From Camelus dromedarius (Eukaryota): a stretch of DNA of 64,000 nucleotides. The translations under genes and the position numbers were made by a program. Under the pieces are notes generated by a model. That model was not told the DNA's origin, made no database searches, and was given only the letters and a program-made list of their open reading frames with translations. The stretch is taken from NCBI RefSeq assembly GCF_036321535.1, contig NC_087437.1:85438001-85502000 (forward strand), read 5' to 3'. Every line of letters begins with the position of its first letter. The first letter of the stretch is position 1. Positions 37,370 through 50,149 of this stretch are shown piece after piece.

Positions 37370-38630
37370 AGTCCTTATTCTCACTTTGCTGGCCCGTCCT
37401 CCTCTGCTAGTTTTGTAAATGCTATAATATCACAAGATTCTGTCTCTGTTCTCTTCTGTTTTCTGCTTACATTTGATCTCTATACTAGTGATTATGTATT
37501 TATACTTAACTCTGTCCTTCATTTTCACCCAATTGTGGCCTCTTTTCTGAGCATTAGTCTCATGAAAATACAAATGCTTACTTGAGATGCCCCATACGGT
37601 TGTCTAATTGGTGTGTTAAATGTAATAGAGAAAACAAAACACTTAGTTTTTTCCCCACATCTTCTCTACTCCATCTCCTCCATCTGGTATCATAAATTTT
37701 CCAATTATTTGGCCCCAAATTCTCTGCACACCTTGCTCAGTTTACCTGTGAACCTCATCCTTTCCAATTTCAAAAAGTATCTGAAATCTGAACACATCTC
37801 ACCACCATCACATCAGCCCATCTGATGCTGTCTCCCAAACTCTCACCTGACCGCTGAAATATTCTATTTCATTTCTTGCTTCAGTTTGCTCCTAACAGCC
37901 AAGCTATTCTCAGTACAACAGCTAGAGTGATATTTTAAATAGTTGTAGTACTCCCATGCTTAAAACTTTAAATGTCTTGACACATTTAGAATAAAATCCA
38001 ACTTTTTGTGGTAGACTACAAAAATAGAAACAAGGTGTTCCCTCATCTTTCTGAAATCTCCCATGATGCTACCTTCTCCCATTCCTTGCTAGGCGAAATA
38101 CTAGGACTTCCTCTAACTCCTAGAACATCAAAATTTTGTTCCTACCCAAGAATCTGGCTCTTGCTAGCTCCTCTGCAGGGAGCAGTCTCCTCCCAGAGCT
38201 CCATGGTTCACTCTCATTCATTCAATTCTAGTTTCTGTTTTCAAAAAAGAAGTTTAACTGACTTCTGAGGTAGACCTTCCCAAATAATGTTATCTAAAAA
38301 AATAGCCCACCACACCTCTATCAAACTCTGAAATTATACTTTGCTTTTCTTTGGTCTTCACAAACCAAAACTATATTTTTAGTCACAGTTTTTGTGGAAA
38401 GACTCTAGAATGTAAGCCCCGTTACAACTTAGAAGTGTTCTCTTTACTTTTCTCCCTTTTTTCTTTCTTTCTTCCTTCCTCTCTCCTCCCTCTGCTCCTT
38501 CCACCCCTCCTTTTTCCTTTCTTTTTTCCTGTCTTTCTATTCTTTTTTCTTGCCTTTTCTTCTTCTTTCTTCCTTATCTTCCTTTTAGCAAGTCTTTGCA
38601 TTACTCTGTCTCCAGAACTAAGAACATTAC
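37370..38630 (+). mobile_element. L2 3' region with an embedded pyrimidine-rich tract (38440-38590)
   Basis: cagctagagtgatattttaaa, ccatgcttaaaac, tagaataaaatccaact, ctagaatgtaagc. Confidence 0.75.
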
Positions 38631-40856
38631 AAACACAATCACATACTCTTACTTATACACAGCAGAAACCCATGACACTAGAATCACTGTAGTGAAATTA
38701 GTTTTAAGATTATACATAAAATAAGTAACCTAATGATAAAAGTTTTTAAAAATATATTATAGCTTGCTCAACTCCTCATCTATTTCAAAGTTTTCAGACA
38801 AAATAATCAAATCAAAATGGATTTACACACACACTAACATATATGTACAATCTGCCTATAAAAGATTAATAAATATCTATTTTAGTCAATTCTAAACTTT
38901 AAATCACACTTTTTTTTTTTAGAAGGAAATGTGGTTAATTCATTTTAGAGGGCTCAAGAAGTGACTATTAGGAGAAATTTCTAGCCAGGTTCATGCATCA
39001 TTGAAACTCTAACCAATTTTTTGATCTTTTAAAAAATAAATGCTCACTAAAGAGAAGGATAATTGGTTATGGCATAAACTGCACAGAAAGTGTGGAGAAG
39101 ATAAACAGCATTTGTTCACCCTGAAAAGAAAATAATCATTTATTGTATAGCATTCAGAATATAATTTTCATGAGTAATTATCCCAGTCTTTTTACTCTGA
39201 CTCCAAAAGGAAGTGTGTAAAATTAAAGAAAAAGAAAATGGAAAAACTGATAGGCCCTTATTTATCCTCCCAAGCATGAAAAGGAAAAAACAAAATGAAC
39301 TACAATAAATCTTTAATTTTCCCCCTTTTTCATAGCAATAGTTATTGCTTTTCTCTGACTATCAACAGTATACAAATATATTAGGGATGATCCTGAATTT
39401 GGTTAGTTATAAATAAAGGTTAACTTTTTGATACAGGCAGAAAAGTCTTGATAGACTGATAACATTTTCATAATGGAATTCAATAACCTTTTGGGGTCAT
39501 GTTCAAATAATTTAGGTAGTTGAGGTAAACATAAAATATATACTTCATGGAAAAATGCTCTATGCATTTACTAAAAATCAGACTCATACACAGAATGGAA
39601 ACTACGTATTTATTTATTTTTTTATTCTATCTAAATATATATGTACCTTCTACCCTCCAAGAAGGCCTGTAGGCTCCAGGCAGCTGGGGCACCTGGGCCA
39701 CTGAAAGCCACGCAGCACACACCTGCAGGAAGACACGCTGCTAAGGGACGTCACATGAGAGGAGGAAAAACAATGCCTGGTTTGGGTGAGTGGTGGATTT
39801 AATGTGAGGTGGTGGAGGAGAGCCTCTCATAAAGAGATCATTGAAGTGGGACCAAAATGAATCATAAATCTGGGGAAAGACTTTCAGCAAAAAACACCTA
39901 CTCTTAAAAGCTTCAATTAGCTAATGATGTTTTCCTTAACATTTTCTTTAACTTAAGTTATTGGAATTTGTAGCACTTGAAAAGTACTCCCAAATTTAGC
40001 TTTTATTCCCATAAAGTGGGTTAATCGATTGTGATGTCTTAAGTAAAGTTTACTTAATTCAACACACAAAAGTGTGTAAATTTATCAGTAAGATCTTCTG
40101 AACATTATGCTTTACGAGAGAGGGAGAAAGATTTTTGGTTGTTGATTAAACGTCATTAATATTTTGAATTATTTTCAGATGTTTAGTTTCTATCTGTACG
40201 GTCACAGAACTAAACAGAGTCAAATATTACAAAGACTTTTACAACTCACTACACCCCATCTTTAGCTCCATTCCTCAGACATAGACATCTTAAATAATTT
40301 TCATTAAAATGTATTATAAAACTTAAAATAAAAATTTAAAAATATTTATTAATATTGTTAATATTAATAACATAAAATAATAAAATGTCTTACTTCATCC
40401 CACCAACAACCAATTACTTTGAAGCAAATATGAAAAATTATTTTTCTTTAAATATTCTGCATGTATTTCTACAGATATGAACTAAATTTTAAACACAAAG
40501 AACTTACACATACAAATTAAATAATACTTTTAAAAATATAATCAAATATTGAAGAAAGTTTTCACACTTCTCTGATTCTCCTCAACATTTAAGAAAATTA
40601 TTTGAGTTGGAATTCAAATTATGTCCACACTCTGTAATTGGCTACTTTGTCTCTTAAAACTCCATTAAATCTTAAGTTTAGCCCATATACCACTATCACA
40701 GAAAGTGTCCTTTGTTCTATGAGATTTATCTCAGTTAAGATTCTGTTGGTTATCTCCCTATAATTTTGTACCACTTACTAAATTTGACCTGGTTACTTCA
40801 GCCTAAAGACAGTTATGACTCTGCTTGAGGTTTTGTAACTAATTATTTTTAAATAA

Positions 40857-41068
40857 CAGGGTTTGGCAAACATTTTCTATTAAGGGACAGGCTGTGAATA
40901 TTTTGGGCCAGAAGATCTCTGCCACTTCTCAGCTCTGCTGCTGTAGTATGGTAGCAGCCACAGATTGTATGTAGATAAATGAGTGGGGCTGTTATCCAAT
41001 AAAACTTTATTTGCAAAAGTCAAGGGCAGGTAGACTTTGACCTATGGGCTATAGTTTGCTGACCCCTG
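40857..41068. mobile_element. MER58A hAT-Charlie non-autonomous DNA transposon, full length
   Basis: Terminal inverted repeats CAGGGTTTGGCAAAC ... GTTTGCTGACCCCTG; internal ccaataaaactttatttgcaaaa. Confidence 0.92.
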
Positions 41069-42794
41069 ATTTATAGCAGGCTTTTAATATGCAAGTAGCT
41101 AAAGCCAACTTTACATTAATGATTTGGTGATTAACCATGTATCAGTCCAATTATTGAAAGATAATTTTAATACATTATTTTCCATATCTTTTAGCTCAGA
41201 ATTAATTATTTTATTATACAGATTGGCTTTATTACAAAACAAAATTTTAATGCAGGATCATATGTTTATAATTAATTATATAAACTGTATGCAAAATAGA
41301 GTTTGAGGGAAAATTTGGAGACCATTTAGACTAGGGTCCTCATTTATGAAGAAAATAACTGATGCCAAATAGATAGAATGACTTGCTAATCTGTACTTGA
41401 GAGTTAAAAAAAATTATTGGCACATTAGGATAATATGTTTTAATGTACTTGAACCTTGGACATTTCTATTTTTAAAAAATTTCCTCTTTTTCTCTTCTAG
41501 AATAAGACATTTTTATTTCTTAAATGCTTTTCTTTGTATGAATGATCAAATATAAAAAGAGGATGCATGCACTCTCTCCCATAGGAATTTCTTTATAAAA
41601 AATTCATTTATGACATGAAACTTTAGATGGAAACTAAGGTGCCCTCCTAACAGCTGCTCAGAAAACATGCATTTTGGGACAACTCAGAATGTATAAACCA
41701 TTCTTATATTATAATTAACAAGTAATTCCCAGTATTGGTGCAGTTCAATTACTTAGACACACAAAAAATGGCAACTATTTTTTTTTTTTTTTGCAGTGCT
41801 TTGAATACAGCTGTGTGAAACTATCAGCTCTTGGTAAATTATGCAAGATGTTGAATATATTTGCTTAGTTGTCAAAATTATGATACTTTTAAGACAAAGA
41901 AGATGAAAGAACACTGAACATGGCCACAGTTGTGGATTTTTAAACAAAAGAAGAGTGAATCTCAAAAAAAAAGATAAAGAAACAGCATGATTCCATATTA
42001 AAAAGTAAAAAAAACTCTCTATTTTCATACCAAATGAAAGTATTTAAGATAGGAACATAAATAATATTTATCAAATAAATATTTATTATTGTATTACTAT
42101 CCATAAATAATTGATATATTATTTTAAATATTATACACATTTATGTATTAATATGTGTATTTTATATATTATACACACGATTATATGTATATTTGAATAT
42201 AAATCTATATATACACATTCACACAGGTAATATACCATTCAATTAAAAATTGAACCTATTAATTAGTAACAGTGGATATCTTTTAACATGTGGCAGATTA
42301 TTCTCACTTTTAGAAAATGGAGAACTGTGTAAGTCAGAACTGGAGCTAAAAATAAGTTATATACCAGAGTATTTCCCTGTATTTCTTCAGTAGCTGGAAG
42401 TCTTGAATCATAGAGTACCCTTGTTTTGAGAAACTGAGTCTTAAGAGAAGTTTAATGATGGATCCATATAACAAAGTCAGGTAATAAAAATGGTGGGCCT
42501 AGAAACTTGGTTTCAAGGGGAGTGTTTCCTATATTGTATTGCTAAGTGGTTAGACCACATTTCTATTTGGGGTCTTGTATTTTAGAAGTATATAAAGAGC
42601 ATTCTTCTGACTGGTCATAATTTTTGAGCTACTAAAAATACTGAATTAGGCAGGCACTACCCACTACTTAGGTATGAAGGAGCAGCCATCTGTTTTGACA
42701 GGATATATCAGTGGAGAGTGAATGTCCAGTTCTTTGTTTGACTTCTACAAGCACTGGATCCTAACATCGAGTTAGCAATTTTTTTTTCTTTTAA

Positions 42795-43050
42795 TACTAT
42801 ATGAATCCATTCACTTGAAGCTTGTAAAAAGGGCAAAACTCAGAGGCAGAAATATCAGTGATTGTCAGTTTCTGCAGTTGGGACGGGACTGATTGCAAAG
42901 TAGTATGAGGGAATGCCTTGGGGTGATGGAAATGTGTTTACTTTTACTGTGGTAACAGTAGAGAGGACTGTGAACAGAAGGCAAACAACGTTCACTTGAA
43001 GTAAATGAAGTCAATCTATCTAAAAATATCTCAGTAAAACTGATTTAGAA
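42795..43050 (+). mobile_element. Old L1 (L1ME/MB) 3' terminal fragment
   Basis: atatgaatccatt...ggcaaaact...ttggggtgatggaaatgt...tatctcagtaaaactg. Confidence 0.7.
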
Positions 43051-43309
43051 AGATTATTCTCAGTTTTATGCATATTTCAAAGTACAATTTTGATAAAAAT
43101 AATTTAAGTTCTCAAAACAAACTGAAAACGTCCTTATATTCTCCTTTTAAGTAAGATACATCTTTATTTTTTCTATTTTTGCATTATTTTATATTCTTTA
43201 TTGAGGATTCATAGTTTTTCTTCTTAGAAATCTGACATATTTCTCATTCAACTTATTGGATATTTTATATGTTTGGTTTCTATTGCAATGATAGATTTTC
43301 AAAAAAAAA

Positions 43310-43479
43310 ACAGACTTTGGGGGGAAGTTTTAGGTTTGCAGAAAAATTGAGCAGAAGGCACAGAGAGTTACAATATATCTCATCCCCTTTTCCTTCCCCT
43401 TAATTTTCCCTATTTGTAACATGTTGTATTAGTGCAGTACATTTGTTACAATTGATGAGACAATATTAATATATTATTG
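43310..43479 (-). mobile_element. L1MC/MD 3' terminal fragment
   Basis: agttttaggtttgcagaaaaattgagcagaag...tacatttgttacaattgatga. Confidence 0.8.
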
Positions 43480-43654
43480 TTTTTACAGCTTTGATATAAT
43501 TGACATATGTATAAGTTTAAGGTATACAACATGATGATTTGTTACATGTATATATATATATGGAAGTGATTACCCTATGTTTAGTTAACACATCCAGGAC
43601 CTAACATTATTTCGTGTGTGTGTGTGTGTGTTTATGGTGAGAACACTTACATTT
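43480..43654 (-). mobile_element. L1MA9-like 3' terminal fragment
   Basis: gatataattgacat...tttaaggtatacaacatgatgattt...tagttaacacatcc...(TG)n...ggtgagaacactta. Confidence 0.8.
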
Positions 43655-43659
43655 AGCAG

Positions 43660-44661
43660 CAGAAAACCTGAAGAGACCAATAAGAACTAAGGAGACTGAA
43701 GGCATGGAGAGTTACAAAATCCCCTCAGCAAAGAAAAGCCCAGGATGAGTTGGTTTCACTAGTGCATCGTACTAAACATTTATAGATAAATTAAAATCAA
43801 TCTTTCTCAAATTCTTCCCAAAAATTTGAAGAAAAATAAATAATCCCAAAGGCATTTCATGAGGTCAGCATTACCCTGATACCAAATCCAAATAAGGGCA
43901 CTACAAAAAGAGAAAACTGCAAGTCAATATCCCTAAGGCACATAGATGCAAAAAATCCTTAACAAAATACCAGAAAACAAAATTCAACAACACATTAAAA
44001 GGATCATACATCACGATCAAGTGGCATATATCCCTGGAATGCAAGAATGGTTTGACATATACAAATCAATAAATGTGATACACTACATACACAAAAGGAA
44101 GGATAAAAATTGTAGGATCATCTCAATAGATGCATAAAGAGCCTTTGACGAAATCCAACATCTTTCATAATGAAAGCTTTCAACAACTTAGTTATAGAAC
44201 ACATTTCAACATAATTAAGGCCATATATGATATACCCACAGATAAAATCATACTTAATAGTGAAAAGCTGAAAGTTTTTCCTCTAAAATCAGGAATAAGA
44301 CCAGGATGCCGATTCTTAACCACTCTTTCTAAAAATAGTACCAAAAGTCCTAACTGCAGCAATTAGGCAAGAAAAAAAAATGTTATCCAAATAAGAAAGA
44401 AATAAGTAAAATTGTCTCAGTTTGCTGACGACATAATCTTGCATATAGAAAACCCTAAAGACTCTACTACAAAAACTCTCAGACCTAGGGAACAAATTCA
44501 CAAGGTCACAGGATACAAAATCAATACACAAAAAATTAGTTGCATTTCGATATGCTAACAATGAAATATCTGGAAGAGAAATAAAGAAAATAACCTCATT
44601 TACAACAGATTAAAAAACATTTAGGAATAAATTTAACCAAGGAGATTAAACACCTGTACAC
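43660..44661 (+). mobile_element. L1 ORF2 RT-region fragment
   Basis: ORF 43946..44137 ([36 protein letters not shown]); tttgctgacgac (FADD) at about 44421. Confidence 0.93.
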
Positions 44662-44828
44662 ACTTCAAATTGTCTCTAGATTACTTATAATACCCAATAA
44701 AATGTAAATGCTATGTAAACAGTTGTCAGCACGTAACAATTTCCATTTTTGCTTTTTGGAACTTTCTGGACTTTTTTCCCCAAATATAATCCTTGGATTC
44801 AGAACCAGTGGATACAAAGGGCCTACTG
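44653..44828 (+). mobile_element. MER2-family (Tigger-derived) DNA transposon, 3' half
   Basis: tctctagattacttataatacccaataaaatgtaaatgctatgtaaacagttgt...gaaccagtggatacaaagggcctactg. Confidence 0.85.
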
Positions 44829-46313
44829 TGTAGCCTTATTTAAAAGCAGACCTGGATTAGTGATAAATGTATATGGTAAAATCTGAGGCAACCACTAAAC
44901 AAGAGGTGTAACTGAAATAAAAGATAGGAGAGAAATGGAATCTTATAAAATGCTCAATTAAAATCACATACAGAAAAGGAATAGAAGACGTAAAGAATCT
45001 CCTCTCACCAGCAGCTTCTTCCAACATTTTAACATTTTTATTCAGATTCATACAGTTACATCTCCTTTTGTTCATCTTCATACTTGAGTAGCCTCAATAA
45101 GATAAAAAAAGATTTTCACCTTACTGAGAAACCAGACATGTAACTATTGTTTTTTTTATCAAATCTATTTTCATACTTTAATTTTCAAATTGAAAGAATG
45201 ATAGTATATAATAAAACCATATAATATTTAAAATATTCAATTATGAAGATGAGTCTAATAATTTCAAGGAAAATGTTTAGTAAACAGGACTTTTTTTAAT
45301 TGATAAAGAAATCTCAGTTGTAAGATATAATAAATATAATATAGGTATTCCAAAAAAAAAAAATCTCAAAGAATAGAAAGAAATTTTAAATCAAATTGTG
45401 AATGTTCTTTTTGCTTAACTTATCAATATTTAAGTTCAAAAACCTTTCTAAGCTATTATACAATCACTACAATCAATCTTATTAGATTAAAAAATAGTAA
45501 CATAGTGGGAAGAGAAGTAAGTGTGTTTAAAAGCTGCACTATGCTTTATATGATATTATGTCAGGTAATTTGCCATTTTCAGATAGTGATTTTATCAAAG
45601 CAGAATATGTCAGTTTCACAAAATTTTTGTCAGCGAGCCACAATAAAACATGACTGTGATGCACAGCAGATGGTGCTATAATGGACTGTCTAATTATTTC
45701 CATTAGGTGCTTTTTTAAAATGTAAAATAGTCACAAAGAAGAATAAAAATCAAACAATAGTATTCCAGAAAGAAAACTGATATCATTAGGTGAGTCAATT
45801 CAGCTTTAAAACGTGTAAAATCATTAATTTATTAATTGTGCTAACCTGAGGAAAGCAGATAAGTTCAAAACGAGTAGTGTAAACTCCACTTTAGTATAGA
45901 TATTACCCTTCAAATTTAGGGGAAAGAGAAAATCATTTAATAAGCAATATTAAGTAAATAGTTCTAAGATTATTTGAATATGTGAGTTTTACTAAATCTC
46001 TATATTATATTATTTTTATAGATAGCTTATTAAATATTGAATTCTTATTTGTCTGAGCGCAATATAAATATTGAAGTGGAATAGCTTCTAGTGAATAAGG
46101 AATACAGAAATCCAAAATTATATAAATTTCATTATTTTAATCTATTGAATAAAATCAATTTCTGCAAGATATTATAAAAACAAAATTAAACTCTGCCCTA
46201 TTTTTAAACAATTAAAACATTTTCTAGTATCTTCTAAACACAGGCATTTAAATAAAGTTATAATTAGTTTTACTCAGGATTTCTGTCCAAAGGTTATGAT
46301 TAATTATAGGATA

Positions 46314-46408
46314 CATTTGTCCCTCTGTATTGCAGGGGATTGGTTCCAGGACCCCTGCAGATACCAAAATCCATAGATGTGAACCCTGCCGAGTAGGAGT
46401 GCTGACTG
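46314..46408 (+). mobile_element. Miniature, internally deleted MER2 with both termini and TA flanks
   Basis: TA|catttgtccctctgtat...ggggattggttccaggacccctgcagataccaaaatcc...gagtgctgactg|TA. Confidence 0.8.
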
Positions 46409-46539
46409 TATAGTCTACTATGTCAGGGAGTGAAAATACAGGACACCCCAAATTTTGTCTCTTGAGTATACATTAAAGGCATTAAAGCAAGCCAGGAAAT
46501 TGCAAATCTGAATAAGGACCCTAATAGCTTAATCTAAAT

Positions 46540-46715
46540 TTTGTGTGCTGGTCACAGTACTAAATGTTTCTCATGCCTTACCTCATTTAATCTTCACTAC
46601 TTCACATTAGAACTAGATTTTATTGCTTGTTTATAGAGATATCACTAAGACTCAGATAGACTGGATAACTCACATCACACAAATGGCAGAAAAATGTGAG
46701 AATCAGAATTCTCCA
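46540..46715 (-). mobile_element. MIR SINE
   Basis: ttacctcatttaatcttcac...cactaagactcagatag...catcacaca. Confidence 0.65.
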
Positions 46716-47739
46716 AACCTGTGTCAACAGGTTTGGACAAGGAAATAGCCTACAGAAAGTAGGAATGAGTCTGCTGAGGACGGGGAAATAGTAAAATGGA
46801 AAAATGCCCATTTGGAAAATCATTTTGTAAAGTCAAACTTTGATAAGCCTTATTATGAAATGTCTGCTTCTCTAACCCTCATATTTGAAAACAACACAGG
46901 TGAAAATGCATCTCTTCATTGTAGAATTTTGAAAAAAAAATCATTTTAAAAAGAAAGAACAAAGGAAAGGATTTCTTTCTCTCCTTTTTTTCTACTAGAA
47001 AATATGCAAAATTTAATTATTGTAGATATATAAATTAAAACATAATAATTCAAAAATCTTCCAAAGTATGTGTTTTAAAACTTAGTTATCTATCATAAAG
47101 TTGTGTGCAACATTAATTTTCAGCTCCACCATTATTCAAAATGAGAAGGTATTAATCCTGATGGTAGTTCCCCTTGAACTATAATAAATTCCACAAATGT
47201 CTATAAGATAAATTTAGTTAGTGGAGAGGTCAATAGAATAAATTGTCAGAAGTATTTTTTGATAAAGTGACACTAATAAAAATGCAACTCAAAATACTGA
47301 TTTCTGAAGTTTAGTTATTTCATCAGCAAATTAGTCACAGATAACTAAAGAACAAAACTGTATTGCAAAGTGCATGAATGTAGAATTTTTATCTTTTGAC
47401 AAAAAATTAAAATAAAAAAGTACAAAACGATCATAGTGAAGCATACAAAATAAATCATCCAAGTGCAACATAGTCAATATGCTTATTGTTATTTCTCTCT
47501 TACTGCTGTGCAGATGATACAATAGAAAACAATCTCACAAAATTGAAGTTGGGATTACTAGGAGGAGGGCAAACCACCCAGCTTGACAAAATCTCATTAA
47601 TATTAACAGTAATGCCAACTAAAACCTACTGTACTGCATAGTTGTACATAAGCCATAAGGAAACAGAAGGGCAGAGTGTGTACTATTTAAGGAAATTGGC
47701 TGGGTTTTGCCCCTTTCAAGAAGACTGAGTATATTTCCC

Positions 47740-48265
47740 TCTTTACTAATAAAACTGAGCATTTCTTTACATGTTAGTGGGTTAAGTTACACCTGATTGT
47801 AAATCAAGTGATCATATATACCTATGTTTTCAGCTGGGCCACTGTTCTTTCCACTGATCTGTCTATCCCTGCTCAACACCACACTGCCTGAGTTACCAAG
47901 GCTGGATAAAGGTGCGTGATGTGCAATACAACAAGTTTCCACCTTTATTTTTCCTTCAAAAGTACCATGCCTATATTTGGCCTTTGCATTTCACTGTAAA
48001 TTAGAATCAGCTTACCAAGTTCTATAAAACAGTACATCAAATTATTAAAATGAAAAACATTGGAATTGTCCATTGAATTGCACTAAGTTATTGATAATGT
48101 TCAGTAAATTGATAATTTTACAGTGAGAAATCTTTCAAATAATGATTACGCTATATCTGAAGACCTATTTAGGTCTTCCCAATTATTTTTCAATTTGTTT
48201 CATTTTTTTCCACATAGAGGTTTTTGGATAGCTTTTCTTTGATTTATTTCTGTTTAATTTTTCAT
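47740..48265 (-). mobile_element. Old L1M ORF2 fragment
   Basis: tgttctttccactgatctgtctatccctg, ttagaatcagcttaccaagttctataaaa. Confidence 0.75.
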
Positions 48266-48271
48266 GTTATA

Positions 48272-48441
48272 TTTTTAACAGCCTTATTGAAGTATAATTG
48301 ATATACAAAGAGCTGCACATATTTAATGTGTACAATTTGATAAGTTTGGATATATGCAAATACCCATGATAGAATCATCACATCAGGGTATTAAACCTAC
48401 CCAGCACCTCCCAAAGTTCACTCGTGTTTTGGGGAGTTTTG

Positions 48442-48490
<49 letters not shown>

Positions 48491-49083
48491 TAGAACACTT
48501 AACATGAAATCTACCCACTTAAAAAATTTTGCACTTGAAAATACCACTGATAACTACAGGCCCTATGTCACACAGCAAATCTCTAGATTTTATTCAGCTA
48601 GTATAAATGAGCCTTTATACCCTTAGAACAACAGCTTTACATCTCCTTACCCCCCAGCTCCTCGCAACCACTATATATTCTCAGCTTCTATGGGTTTGAC
48701 TATTTCAGATACCTTATTTAAGTGTAATTATGCAGTATGTGTCCTTCAACTGAATTATTTCACTTAGCATATTGCCCTCCAGATTTATCCATATTGTCAC
48801 AAATGGCAAGATTTCCTTCTTGTTTAAGGCTTAATAATATTCCACTGTGTTTATATACTACATGTCTTTCATCCATGCACCTGTAAATGGACACTTGGGT
48901 ATTTTTGGATTATTGTGAATAATGCTGCAATGAACCTGTAAGGGAAAATATCTTTTCAAAATCCCAAATTCAATTCTTTTGGATTCATACCCAGAAGCAG
49001 GGTTGCTAGATCATATGGTAGTTCTATTTTAAGTGTTTCTGAGAAATCTTAATACTGTTTCCCATGGCTGTTGCACCATTTTA
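48272..49083 (-). mobile_element. L1MA10-like 3' end
   Basis: ttattgaagtataattgatatacaaa...tttcacttagcat...ttgtgaataatgctgcaatgaac...tacccagaag...atactgtttcccatggctg. Confidence 0.9.
48444..48487. repeat. Perfect (GT)22 microsatellite
   Basis: Read directly from the sequence; lies within the L1 3' UTR. Confidence 0.97.
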
Positions 49084-50149
49084 GATTATGTGATAATAAG
49101 AAGTACAAGGAAACAGACAAAGCTTTAATCTGCTATTTTAACTCCAGAAGTCCAAAGCACCATTTTAATAGTTACTACTCACAATTTAAGAGCCTCATCT
49201 TCCATCTGTTAGGGAATATTTTCTTAGAAAAGATATCAGACCATACTTCTCATAAGGATGAAAAGAACACATCAAAATTTTACATAAAATTAAATATTGA
49301 TTCAAAGGAGAATTCAATGAATGCATGTAAATAGATAATCATGAAAGCTGAAATGAATTTTCATATAAATGCAAAAGAAGTCACTATTCACAGATTAATA
49401 GTCACTTGAATTTTACTGGATACAATTTAATTGTATTTTTACAGAAATGAATAATTTATATTATTTTCCATTTTCTACAGTTATAGTCTTGTAAAGTATT
49501 TTAAAGACAATGGACAGTGGCAGTAAAGTAGAGCTTCACTGGAGAGAACCACCAATAATCTCACTTGCCTGTTTAGGTTTTTCTCAATTTTTCCTGAAAT
49601 ATCTGCAATGCAAGCAGGTTAGGCTTTCCAATTATCATGTTAGAATTTCAGAATTAACACTTACCTTCAGCTGTCTGAAGCATATGAATTTTCTATGTTC
49701 CCTAAACCTCTGCATATTCAAAGTTGTTGTTTCTGACACCTGCCAAGTCTCCTATCGTTTGATCATTAATTCTCATGACATAATCTTTTCCCCAGGATGT
49801 GTCCCATATACGATGTCTCCAAAATTTTCAAAGAATAATTCCTGTTAAGAGAAACCTTTAGTACTCTTTTAGTCTCCTAATTTTTCTGTGCACCATTTCT
49901 CCAACACTTATTTACCTTCTATTGATTTATGTCAACCCAGTTGCCTGTGGAACACTAATTCTCCCTTGTAAGACCATTACTCTCCCACGAGTCCATTACT
50001 CGTCACCCAGTGCAGAGACTCTGTGTGAATTTTAACCTTTGGACCTTTTACTGCTGCTAGATTCACACCCTATGGAATAAACCCACACCTTATTAAGGGG
50101 TATTAACAACAGACATGGTAATTCATAGAACATAGTTTCATTCTGTTAT

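Noticed and set aside
38351..38692. 113-aa hydrophobic ORF resembling a membrane protein
   Set aside because: The Phe/Leu/Ser/Pro richness comes from the CT-rich tract inside an L2.
40849..41076. 8-bp hAT target-site duplication around MER58A
   Set aside because: The flanks TTAAATAA and ATTTATAG do not match convincingly.
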